Origin: Pseudomonadota bacterium
GTDB lineage: Bacteria > Pseudomonadota > Alphaproteobacteria > Rhodobacterales > Rhodobacteraceae
Assembly (NCBI GenBank): GCA_039817595.1
Contig: JBCBVL010000003.1
Coordinates: 459,337 to 523,336, forward strand
Direction: 5' to 3'
Length of the DNA: 64,000 bases
Part shown: positions 56,422 through 64,000 of the stretch, in pieces
How the letters are laid out: the number at the start of each line of letters is the position of its first letter
Numbering within the stretch: the first letter of the stretch is position 1
The notes under the pieces: model-generated
The model's input: the letters and a program-made list of their open reading frames with translations, nothing else
What the model was told of the DNA's origin: nothing
Database searches by the model: none
Program-made: the position numbers and the translations under genes

Positions 56422-56976
56422 TCATGTGGCGTGGTTTCGATCCAATCGCAAAAGGTTACATGCGATCTCGTTGAGGTCTTCGGCATTCAGATGCCGGTCG
56501 GCGAGCGGCAAAAGCACGTCCGTTTCCCAAGAGGTGATCCGCCTGAGCGCGCCAAAAAAACCGCGCAAGGCAAAACCCAAGGCTTCGGGATCAATCGTCG
56601 ATCCGCCGGTCTCCATCGCCTCTTCCAGCAGTTCGTTGAGCTCACTCAGGCGGCAGGCTTCTTCTTCGAAATCCGTCTGCAAACGCCGCAACGTGTTCTC
56701 GCAGTCAACCTCGCCTTGGCAGCGGCGCCTCAAAACCGGCATCACGACTGTTAGGATATTCTGATAGTGCATCGGAATGACAGCTTTGCACATCCGGGTG
56801 GCTTCTCTCCAAACGGGCGCGGCGCGGCGCGGCAAATCATCGGCCAGCGCCTCAAGAAGATCGCACATCTGATCGACGCGCCGGGCGTGATCGGCCACAT
56901 CATCGAGCGGCGTTCGCGCGTGCCTGTCGGGGGCCGTTGGGTCGTCCAGCATTGTTAGCATCCTTTGCTGCACCAT
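56422..56976 (-). CDS. Hypothetical protein, possibly hemerythrin-like/HHE-type helical bundle
   Basis: 184-aa acidic helical ORF with an ATG start. It has scattered H/E pairs (..IPMHYQNIL.., ..DFEEEACRL.., ..SWETDVLLPLADRHL..). The family assignment is only a by-eye impression. Confidence 0.45.
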   Translation of the reverse strand: MVQQRMLTMLDDPTAPDRHARTPLDDVADHARRVDQMCDLLEALADDLPRRAAPVWREATRMCKAVIPMHYQNILTVVMPVLRRRCQGEVDCENTLRRLQTDFEEEACRLSELNELLEEAMETGGSTIDPEALGFALRGFFGALRRITSWETDVLLPLADRHLNAEDLNEIACNLLRLDRNHAT

Positions 56977-57096
56977 GACCTGCAGCGAGTTAGCGCGGTA
57001 GTCCCGTCCAGTGAAAGCGCCACCGCAGGCCGCTTATCCGGGATTGGATTTGCTCTCTCCCTAGGATGACTGTGGCAACCTTCGCACAGCCAGTCC

Positions 57097-57110
57097 TTGA
57101 TTCAGATCAA
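57097..57110. promoter_or_regulatory. Perfect FNR consensus box TTGAT-N4-ATCAA
   Basis: Read directly as ttgattcagatcaa. The centre is about 127 bp upstream of the ATG (56976) of the minus-strand orphan gene and about 55 bp downstream of the ccoS stop. Confidence 0.6.
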
Positions 57111-57159
57111 CGTGGGGCTTTCTTCGCCGCGTTTGCAACAGTCCAAGCTTTCGCGGCAT

Positions 57160-57303
57160 CTACGCATCCTCATCCAAGAGAACCCGCGCTGCATCACCTT
57201 CCATATCTTCATACTGACGTGATCTTATGGTCCAGATAAAGGCCACAAGTGCCCCAAGCCCAAGCACCAACGAACATGGCACAAGCACAACTAGAATGTT
57301 CAT
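57160..57303 (-). CDS. ccoS: cbb3 oxidase maturation protein CcoS/FixS (47 aa)
   Basis: Hand translation gives MNILVVLVPCSLVLGLGALVAFIWTIRSRQYEDMEGDAARVLLDEDA*, one TM helix plus the conserved W..RS.QYDD/ED-type tail. The ATG overlaps the ccoI stop (ATGA). It falls below the ORF-track length cut-off. Confidence 0.8.
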   Translation of the reverse strand: MNILVVLVPCSLVLGLGALVAFIWTIRSRQYEDMEGDAARVLLDEDA

Positions 57304-59414
57304 CGTTTAAACCCCCGTAAAGCGTTCACCACCACGGTGACGGAACTGGTCGACATTGCAATTGAGGCCGCCAGAGGCGTGGCAAATCCCAGCACGGCGA
57401 TAGGCACAGCGATGACGTTGTACCATGTCGCGATCCGGAAATTTTGTCTCATCCGGTGGCAGGCAAGGCGGCTGGTGCGGATTGCGGGTGCAATCTGTGT
57501 CATGTCGCCAGAGACGATGATGATGTCAGCCGCCTTTCGCGTGGCATCCAGCGCGGATCCAGGTGCAATGGAGATATCCGCAGCAGAGATAGCGGCCTGA
57601 TCGTTGAGCCCATCCCCCACCATCAGCACGCGCTGACCTTCGGCTTTGAGGCTCTCAATGATCTCCAGCTTGGCATCGGCCCGCTCACCCGCCCAAACGC
57701 GATCAATGCCCACATCCCGGGCCATCCGGTGTGCGTTTTCGGCGGTGTCCCCGGTCAGCATCGCTGTTTTCAGCCCCAGCGCGCGCAGTGCGGCGACGGC
57801 CTCCTTGGCCGACGGCACCAGCGTCTCCATGGCGGGCAGCACGGTTTCCGCGCCATCCACGCGCAACACCACGGTGGCATCTTCGGGCGTGCGACGGCCA
57901 AGAAACACCCGGCGGTGTTGCCAAACGGCGTGCACGCCCTCGCCCAATACTTCGCGGATATCGCTCAGCGGGGCAGGGGACACATCCAGTAGCCCACGCG
58001 ACACACCACGACAGAGCGGGTGATCTGAGGCCTCTGACAACGCGCGCAACACGGACCGCGCCTCTGGGCAGAGGTCATCCGGCACCGTCAAGCGCCGTTC
58101 TGTCAAAGTGCCGGTTTTGTCAAAAACAACCATGTCGACATCCGCCATCCGCTCCAGCGCGGTGTCAGATGTCAGCAGCAGCCCCCGGCGATAAAGCTGT
58201 GATGTGGCCGCCACGGCAACAGCGGGCACCGCGAGCCCCATCGCGCAGGGGCAGGTGATTATGAGTGTGGCAATCGCCACATTCACCGCCATGCGCAGAT
58301 CGCCTGTCGCGATCAACCAACCCAGGAAAGCGGCGGCAGAGACAATATGCACCACCGGCGTATAGGCGGCAGCGGCCTTATCGGCCAGCGATCGGAAGGC
58401 CCCGCGCGAGGTTTCCGCCGTGGCCACAAGCTGTGCAATGCGGCGTAGGGTGGTGTCTTCGCCCACGGCAGTGGCGCGCAAGGTCGATGGCCCGGTCAGC
58501 ATGACCTCGCCTGCGCAGAGCGCATCCCCGGCGTGGCGCGTCACAGGATCGCTTTCGCCGGTCAGAAAGCTGCAATCCACCTCAGCCGCGCCGCTTTCCA
58601 GAATCGCATCTACGGGCACGCGGCCCCCGGCCGTTACCCAAAGCCTGTCGCCCACGGCAATCTCGGCCACGGGGCGGCTGATCTTGGTTTGGCCTTCGAT
58701 GCGCATCACGCGGGCAGGCTCAAGGGCTGCTAGATCATCGGCGGCCGAGCGTGCGCGCCGTCGCAGACGTTGATCCAGCACCCGACCGATCAGCAGAAAG
58801 AATGTCAGCGTCAGCGCGGCGTCAAACCAGGCATGGGGACCGCTATGTTGGACCTCATAAACCGACATCCCGCAGGCCAGGATGATCGCCAGGGAAATCG
58901 GCACATCCATATTGAGCCGCCCCACCCGCAGCGCGCTCCAGGCATGGCGGAAAAAGGGCTGCGCGGAAAACGCGGTTGCGGGCAGTGCAATCGCCGCGCT
59001 GATCCAGTGCAGAAAATCTCGCGTGCTATCCACCGCGCCCGACCATACGGCCACGGATAGAAGCATGACATTCATCATCGCGAAGCCCGCCACACCCAAA
59101 GGCAGCATAAGATCGTCGCCCTGACGCTCTTCCACCGCGCCCGCCTCGTAGGCTTCAAAGCCCGCACGAGACAGCTCGGCAATCCATGGCGTCGGGTCCA
59201 GCCCCACATCTGACACAATGCTCACCCGGCGTTTGGTCAGGTTCACCCGTGCTGCCCGGATCGCCGGCTCTTTCAGCAGCGTGGTTTCAACCGCGCTAAT
59301 GCACCCGGCACAGTGAATGCCCGGCAAAACCAGGTGATGCGTCGGCACCTCCAAAGAGGTGTTTTGCCCACCAACCGGCGCGGTCGCGCATCCAGGGCAG
59401 GCGGTGACACTCAT
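57300..59414 (-). CDS. ccoI: Copper-translocating P-type ATPase CcoI/FixI
   Basis: N-terminal metal-binding GIHCAGC. Other motifs are the CPC motif (ITCPCAMGLA), the phosphorylation site FDKTGTLT and the hinge VGDGLNDQ. ATGA overlap with ccoH. Confidence 0.92.
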   Translation of the reverse strand: MSVTACPGCATAPVGGQNTSLEVPTHHLVLPGIHCAGCISAVETTLLKEPAIRAARVNLTKRRVSIVSDVGLDPTPWIAELSRAGFEAYEAGAVEERQGDDLMLPLGVAGFAMMNVMLLSVAVWSGAVDSTRDFLHWISAAIALPATAFSAQPFFRHAWSALRVGRLNMDVPISLAIILACGMSVYEVQHSGPHAWFDAALTLTFFLLIGRVLDQRLRRRARSAADDLAALEPARVMRIEGQTKISRPVAEIAVGDRLWVTAGGRVPVDAILESGAAEVDCSFLTGESDPVTRHAGDALCAGEVMLTGPSTLRATAVGEDTTLRRIAQLVATAETSRGAFRSLADKAAAAYTPVVHIVSAAAFLGWLIATGDLRMAVNVAIATLIITCPCAMGLAVPAVAVAATSQLYRRGLLLTSDTALERMADVDMVVFDKTGTLTERRLTVPDDLCPEARSVLRALSEASDHPLCRGVSRGLLDVSPAPLSDIREVLGEGVHAVWQHRRVFLGRRTPEDATVVLRVDGAETVLPAMETLVPSAKEAVAALRALGLKTAMLTGDTAENAHRMARDVGIDRVWAGERADAKLEIIESLKAEGQRVLMVGDGLNDQAAISAADISIAPGSALDATRKAADIIIVSGDMTQIAPAIRTSRLACHRMRQNFRIATWYNVIAVPIAVLGFATPLAASIAMSTSSVTVVVNALRGFKR

Positions 59415-59869
59415 TTTTTCACACGCAGGATAATGCGCTGTTGAAAGCGTGTCCCGTCCTCAGCCACAGCGGCCAGCCGCAGGTTCCAATTGCCCGGTGC
59501 GAGGTTCCCGGCTCCGGCGAAATGCGCCGTGCCGTCAAATTTGAAATTGAGCTCGCGGTCATCGCCCACATGGGTCGCACGTCCCAGCGTTGCGCGGGTG
59601 ATTGTCGGTGCCACAGGGCCAAGGTCATCGTCAATCCGCAGCACCAGCATGTCCTCATCCACATTGGCTGACACTGTCCAGCCAAGCGCCTCTTGGGCCA
59701 TGCGATCGCGGTCAAAGCTTTGGCTGGCGACGTAAGAATTCTTCACCTCAAGGCCTGGAAAGGTGCGCACGGCCGAGACGGCCAAAACCATATTCACGGC
59801 GATGATGATGCCAAACATCGTGCAAAAGAAAGCCAGCACATGCCATCCTGTGAGTGTGCGTTCGCTCAT
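59411..59869 (-). CDS. ccoH: CcoH/FixH
   Basis: MSERTLTGWHVLAFFCTMFGIIIAVNMVLA is a single TM segment, followed by a FixH-like domain. ATGA overlaps at both ends. The 23-codon upstream extension in the track was rejected. Confidence 0.85.
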   Translation of the reverse strand: MSERTLTGWHVLAFFCTMFGIIIAVNMVLAVSAVRTFPGLEVKNSYVASQSFDRDRMAQEALGWTVSANVDEDMLVLRIDDDLGPVAPTITRATLGRATHVGDDRELNFKFDGTAHFAGAGNLAPGNWNLRLAAVAEDGTRFQQRIILRVKK

Positions 59870-61341
59870 TGCGTGCCCCTTCCATTGAAAATGCTGTCTT
59901 GATAGACCCGCTCGCCCGACACGGCATCCCGCACCCAAAATCGCAGTTCGGTGCGTTCTGAATTTGCCGGATCAGATCCTTGCGGCGCGACAACATAGAC
60001 GCGCTGCAGCAGTGTTTCATCTGCGGGTACTGCTGTGGTGAGACCGGATTTGCCTTCCAGGCGCAGGCCGAAATCCGTATCGCCCACAAGTTGGAATTCA
60101 AAGGCACGTGCCTCACCATGCTTGTTGCGCAGGCGAATGTCATAGGCATTGCGGATCGCGCCATCCGACAGGGTGACATATTGGGGGTTGCGCACCGGCG
60201 CAACCGTGATGTCAATCGCGGGTCGAATGAACAGTGCATATAGCAAGATGATCCCGCACAAAGCCCAGGCCACGGAGTAAATCATCGTGCGCAGGCGGAA
60301 GATGTGAAACCAGGCCGAACGCGGTTTGTGGCCGTCACGCTCCCGTCCTTCATCAGACAGCGCCAGATAATCGATCAAGCCCCGCTCACGGCCCAGCTTT
60401 TCCATGATCTCATCGCAGGCATCAATGCACAGCGCGCAGGTGATGCATTCCATCTGTTGGCCATCGCGAATGTCGATCCCCACCGGGCAGACATTCACGC
60501 ACGCGTTGCAATCGACACAGTCCCCAGCCAGCGCAGGCGCGGCATCAGATTGCCGTTTGCCCTTGCCCCGCGGCTCACCGCGCCACTTGCGATAGGCCAC
60601 GGTCAGCGTGTCATCATCCATCATCGCGCCTTGGATGCGCGGCCACGGGCACATGTAGATGCAAACCTGTTCGCGCATGAAACCGCCGAAAACAAAGGTC
60701 GTGGCGGTCAGAACGGCGATTGTGGAATAGGCCACAGGCGCGGCCTGTAACGTCACAAGATCCACAAGCAGCATGGGCGCATCAGCGAAGTAAAACACCC
60801 ACGCCCCGCCTGTTGCCACAGCAATCACCAGCCACAGCGACCATTTCGTCAGCCGCAGTTGCAACTTGCGCAGCGTCCAGGGGGATCGCAGCAAACGCAA
60901 TTGGTTGTTACGATCACCTTCGACCTTGCGCTCCACCAGCAAAAACAGGTCGGTCCAAACGGTCTGTGGGCAAGCATATCCGCACCACACCCGCCCAAGC
61001 GCCGAGGTAAAGAGAAACAGCCCAAGCCCCGCCATGATCAACAGCCCGGCCACGAAGTAGAATTCATGGGGCCAGATCTCAATCCAGAAAAAGTAAAACC
61101 GCCGATGCGCCAGATCGACCAGCACCGCCTGATCCGGCAGGTTGGGGCCGCGATCCCACCTTAGCCAGGGCGTCACGTAGTAAATGCCCAAGGTCACAGC
61201 CAGGATCGCCCATTTCAGGCGCCTGAACTTACCTTTCACATCGCGCGGGAATATCGGTTCTCTGGCAACATAGAGGCTGGTATGCGCCGGATCAGTCATG
61301 TCGTGATCGCACCCTCCAGAACGATTTGATGACAGGCCCAT
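59866..61341 (-). CDS. ccoG: CcoG/FixG 4Fe-4S membrane ferredoxin
   Basis: LYVAREPIFPRDVKGKFRRLKW N-terminal motif, several TM helices, and Cys clusters CIYMCPWPR and CVDCNACVNVCPVGIDIRDG...CITCALCIDAC. The start is ATG 61341 or GTG 61356. Confidence 0.9.
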   Translation of the reverse strand: MGLSSNRSGGCDHDMTDPAHTSLYVAREPIFPRDVKGKFRRLKWAILAVTLGIYYVTPWLRWDRGPNLPDQAVLVDLAHRRFYFFWIEIWPHEFYFVAGLLIMAGLGLFLFTSALGRVWCGYACPQTVWTDLFLLVERKVEGDRNNQLRLLRSPWTLRKLQLRLTKWSLWLVIAVATGGAWVFYFADAPMLLVDLVTLQAAPVAYSTIAVLTATTFVFGGFMREQVCIYMCPWPRIQGAMMDDDTLTVAYRKWRGEPRGKGKRQSDAAPALAGDCVDCNACVNVCPVGIDIRDGQQMECITCALCIDACDEIMEKLGRERGLIDYLALSDEGRERDGHKPRSAWFHIFRLRTMIYSVAWALCGIILLYALFIRPAIDITVAPVRNPQYVTLSDGAIRNAYDIRLRNKHGEARAFEFQLVGDTDFGLRLEGKSGLTTAVPADETLLQRVYVVAPQGSDPANSERTELRFWVRDAVSGERVYQDSIFNGRGTQ

Positions 61342-61342
61342 C

Positions 61343-62212
61343 TCATTGGCCGCCACCCAGCTGATGCACGTAAAGTGTTACGGCTTTCACATCTTCATCC
61401 GACAGGCGCAGGCCCCACGCGGGCATCACGCCGAACCGGGCGTTCCTGATCGAATATTCGATATCCGCGCGGGTCCCGCCGTAAAGCCAGATGGCATCCG
61501 CCAGGTTCGGCGCGCCAACGGATGTGTCGCCTTTGGCCATGTCCCCATGACAGGCCGCACAGTTTTCCGCGTAAAGCACAGCACCCAGCTCTGCCTTGGC
61601 TGCATCATGATCCTGACCCGACAGCGACAGGATGTAATCCGTGGTCATGCCAATCTCTTCGTCGGTGAAAATGTCGCCGAAAGCGGGCATTTCTGACCAA
61701 TGGGCATCTGCGTCCTGATCGTTGCGGATGCCGTGGCGCACGGTGTGCTCAATCTCATCGAGTGTCCCGCCCCAAAGCCAGGCATCATCCAGCAGGTTGG
61801 GATACCCGATTGCACCCGCCGCGCCGGCCCCATGGCACTGCGAACATTGCGCGCGAAACACAGCCGCCCCGCCGGAGACACCAAACTGATAGGCCGGATC
61901 GTCGCGCGATAGCGTCGCGAGGTCCGCACTGGCCAGAATTGCGGAAATATCTGCGTTCTGCGCGTCAACCTGCGCAATATCCTCGGCCACTTCGGCACGG
62001 GTCGAATAGCCCAGCAAGCCCGACGTTGCGCCCGAAATCAGCGGCCAGGCAGGATAGGCGATGGTATAGCCTATGCCCCAGATAATGGTCAGGTAGAGCG
62101 TCCAAAGCCACCAACGGGGCAGGGGGTTGTTCAACTCGGTGATCCCGTCCCAATCATGGCCGGTGGTCTCTGTCCCGGTCACTGGGTCGTGCTTAGAGGG
62201 TTGATCAGCCAT
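61343..62212 (-). CDS. ccoP: cbb3-type cytochrome c oxidase subunit III (dihaem c)
   Basis: N-terminal HDWDGITELNNPLPRWW plus two haem c sites, CSQCHG and CAACHG. Confidence 0.92.
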   Translation of the reverse strand: MADQPSKHDPVTGTETTGHDWDGITELNNPLPRWWLWTLYLTIIWGIGYTIAYPAWPLISGATSGLLGYSTRAEVAEDIAQVDAQNADISAILASADLATLSRDDPAYQFGVSGGAAVFRAQCSQCHGAGAAGAIGYPNLLDDAWLWGGTLDEIEHTVRHGIRNDQDADAHWSEMPAFGDIFTDEEIGMTTDYILSLSGQDHDAAKAELGAVLYAENCAACHGDMAKGDTSVGAPNLADAIWLYGGTRADIEYSIRNARFGVMPAWGLRLSDEDVKAVTLYVHQLGGGQ

Positions 62213-62412
62213 CACTTGGCCTCCGTTTTCAGGCTAGGCGCAGGCTCAGACGGGTCATACTCATCGTCGCGCAAAGGAATTTGAGCAATCTCATCATGGG
62301 TCTTGCGCGAGCCGGGTCGAAACGCCCAAACAAAGACGCCCAGGTAAAACAACGTCATTGCCAGCAGAAACCAGCTGTCAGCAAAGGCGCGCAAAAGGGT
62401 GTAAAGCTCCAT
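62212..62412 (-). CDS. ccoQ: cbb3-type cytochrome c oxidase subunit CcoQ
   Basis: 66-aa single-TM protein located between ccoO and ccoP (MELYTLLRAFADSWFLLAMTLFYLGVFVWAFRPGSRK). Confidence 0.8.
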   Translation of the reverse strand: MELYTLLRAFADSWFLLAMTLFYLGVFVWAFRPGSRKTHDEIAQIPLRDDEYDPSEPAPSLKTEAK

Positions 62413-62421
62413 CTTCGGCTC

Positions 62422-63246
62422 CTATCGGCTCGCATCTGGTGTGAAGGTCGAGAAATCAACCAGCGTGCCCAGCATCTGCATGTAAGCGATCAGCGCATCC
62501 ATCTCGGTGAGCTCCGGCTGACCGTCAAAGTTGGATATGACGGCCCCGGGATAGCGCTCCAGCATCGCGTCCCAATCGCCATCAGGATCGGCCTGAACGC
62601 GCATATCCGCTTCGGCCTCGTCAATCATCTCATCAGTATAAGGCACGCCGACAAACCGATGCGTTGCCAAAAGATCGGTGACATACTCCGTCTCCAGCGT
62701 GGCATCCATCAAAAAGGCATATTTCGGCATCACGCTTTCGGGCACGACCGATTGCGGGTCCATGAAATGGTCGACATGCCAGGCATCGGAATACCGCCCG
62801 CCGACCCGCGCCAGATCGGGCCCGGTGCGTTTTGACCCCCACTGAAACGGGTGGTCATATTTGCTTTCGGCGGCCAGGGAATAGTGGCCATAGCGCTCCA
62901 CCTCGTCGCGCATCGGGCGGATCATCTGGCTGTGGCAGACATAACATCCCTCCCGGATATAGACATCCCGCCCCGCCAGTTCGAGCGGTGAGTAAGGCCG
63001 CATCCCCTCCACCTCCTCAATGGTGTTTTCAAGGTAGAAAAGTGGGGCAATCTCAACGATGCCGCCTATGGACACCACGAAAAGCGACAAACCAAGCAGA
63101 AGGGTTGGGCTGCGTTCCAGTATCGCGTGTTTGTCAATGAACCACGAATGATGCGGCAGTTCATTGGGGATCTCTTCGGGAAAATCTCCGACGAGAGCAA
63201 CTTTGGGATCCTTCTCGGGATCGGTGATTTTGGGATTTTTTGCCAT
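62422..63246 (-). CDS. ccoO: cbb3-type cytochrome c oxidase subunit II (monohaem c)
   Basis: [31 protein letters not shown] membrane anchor and haem site [11 protein letters not shown]. The ATG at 63246 is preceded by GGAG. Confidence 0.92.
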   Translation of the reverse strand: MAKNPKITDPEKDPKVALVGDFPEEIPNELPHHSWFIDKHAILERSPTLLLGLSLFVVSIGGIVEIAPLFYLENTIEEVEGMRPYSPLELAGRDVYIREGCYVCHSQMIRPMRDEVERYGHYSLAAESKYDHPFQWGSKRTGPDLARVGGRYSDAWHVDHFMDPQSVVPESVMPKYAFLMDATLETEYVTDLLATHRFVGVPYTDEMIDEAEADMRVQADPDGDWDAMLERYPGAVISNFDGQPELTEMDALIAYMQMLGTLVDFSTFTPDASR

Positions 63247-63259
63247 AGCTCCGTTCCCT

Positions 63260-64000
63260 CTATTCTGCTGGCACGCCAACTTGGGCTGGCACGCGTTTGC
63301 CGGCCCGAATTGTCATCCACATGTTCCAGCCCATGATCAGCGCGCCGAGGAGGTAGAGCCCTCCGCCCAATCCGCGCAGGATATACATCGGCAATTTCGC
63401 ATCCACGGTGTCGGCGAAGCTGTTGACGAGGAAGCCATGCTCATCGACCTCGCGCCACATCAGGCCCTCCATGATGCCGGTGACCCACATCGACGCCGCG
63501 TACAGAACGATCCCGATGGTCGCGAGCCAGAAATGCCAGTTGATGGCGGCTATGGAATGCATCTGCGCCCGTCCCCAAAGCTTGGGTGTCAGGAAGTAGA
63601 GCGCGCCAAAGGTGATCAGCCCGTTCCAGCCAAGCGCACCAGAATGCACGTGCCCGATGGTCCAGTCCGTATAGTGGCTCAGGCTGTTCACCGCCCGGAT
63701 CGACATCATCGGTCCTTCAAAGGTCGACATGCCGTAGAACGCCAGGCTCATCACAAACATGCGGATAATCGGATCGGTCCGGATCTTGTCCCACGCGCCT
63801 TGCAGCGTCATCAGACCGTTGATCATGCCGCCCCAGCTGGGCATCCACAGGATGATGGAAAACACCATGCCCAAGGTCGACGCCCAGTCGGGCAGAGCTG
63901 TGTAATGCAGGTGATGCGGACCAGCCCAGATGTAAAGAAAGATCAGCGCCCAGAAATGGATGATGCTGAGTTTGTAGCTGTAAACCGGGCGCCCGGCCTG
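63260..64000 (-). CDS. ccoN: cbb3-type cytochrome c oxidase subunit I, C-terminal part (5-prime end beyond the window)
   Basis: ...[29 protein letters not shown]... carries haem-copper oxidase His ligands. The reading frame stays open to position 64000. Confidence 0.92.
   Translation of the reverse strand, partial: QAGRPVYSYKLSIIHFWALIFLYIWAGPHHLHYTALPDWASTLGMVFSIILWMPSWGGMINGLMTLQGAWDKIRTDPIIRMFVMSLAFYGMSTFEGPMMSIRAVNSLSHYTDWTIGHVHSGALGWNGLITFGALYFLTPKLWGRAQMHSIAAINWHFWLATIGIVLYAASMWVTGIMEGLMWREVDEHGFLVNSFADTVDAKLPMYILRGLGGGLYLLGALIMGWNMWMTIRAGKRVPAQVGVPAE

Noticed and set aside
1-64000. CRISPR arrays, rRNA genes, and long perfect tandem repeats
   Set aside because: No regularly spaced direct repeats and no rRNA-like conserved stretches were seen on either strand while reading through the window.

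Overview
High-GC chromosomal segment that looks alphaproteobacterial, probably Rhodobacteraceae / roseobacter-like. That placement is an inference from protein motifs and from the fnrL plus ccoNOQP-ccoGHIS arrangement; no search was run. Layout from left to right: (1) 0.1-10.2 kb, a siderophore-uptake locus. It has an AraC regulator, a periplasmic binding protein, two FecCD permeases, an ATPase, a siderophore-interacting reductase, a TonB-dependent receptor and a second AraC regulator. No biosynthesis genes are present. (2) 11.0-17.9 kb, a roughly 1600-aa autotransporter preceded by an unusual LuxR-HTH / alpha/beta-hydrolase-like fusion regulator. (3) 18.0-19.3 kb, an AT-richer stretch with no convincing gene. 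(4) 19.3-26.0 kb, a FecI-FecR-FecA-type cell-surface signalling unit plus a convergent second TonB-dependent receptor. (5) 26.0-31.9 kb, an AT-richer integrative-element remnant. It carries a winged-HTH protein, an AlpA-like excisionase, a 370-aa orphan, an integrase with an in-frame TAG, and an IS110-family pseudogene. (6) 31.9-49.1 kb, core-like GC accessory genes. These are a 7TMR-DISM two-component system, a flavoprotein, two secreted orphan proteins, an FMN reductase, a DUF900 hydrolase, and a LysR-linked operon of four signal-peptide proteins. (7) 49.1-51.1 kb, mobile-element debris that includes a second, heavily decayed direct copy of the integrase/orphan module. (8) 51.4-56.4 kb, a MATE pump, a membrane cNMP-binding protein, a truncated haemoglobin, a Crp/Fnr regulator and FnrL. 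(9) 56.4-64.0 kb, an orphan gene behind a perfect FNR box, then ccoS-ccoI-ccoH-ccoG-ccoP-ccoQ-ccoO-ccoN on the minus strand (ccoN runs off the window). No rRNA, foldable tRNA or CRISPR array was seen. The ORF track uses ATG, GTG and TTG as M, so several starts were re-chosen by eye. The items I consider most worth follow-up are the LysR-linked secreted operon (43.1-48.0 kb), the integrase-welded 370-aa orphan present in two decaying copies, the LuxR/hydrolase-like fusion upstream of the autotransporter, and the FNR-box orphan next to the cco cluster. None of these is established as a new system from sequence alone.
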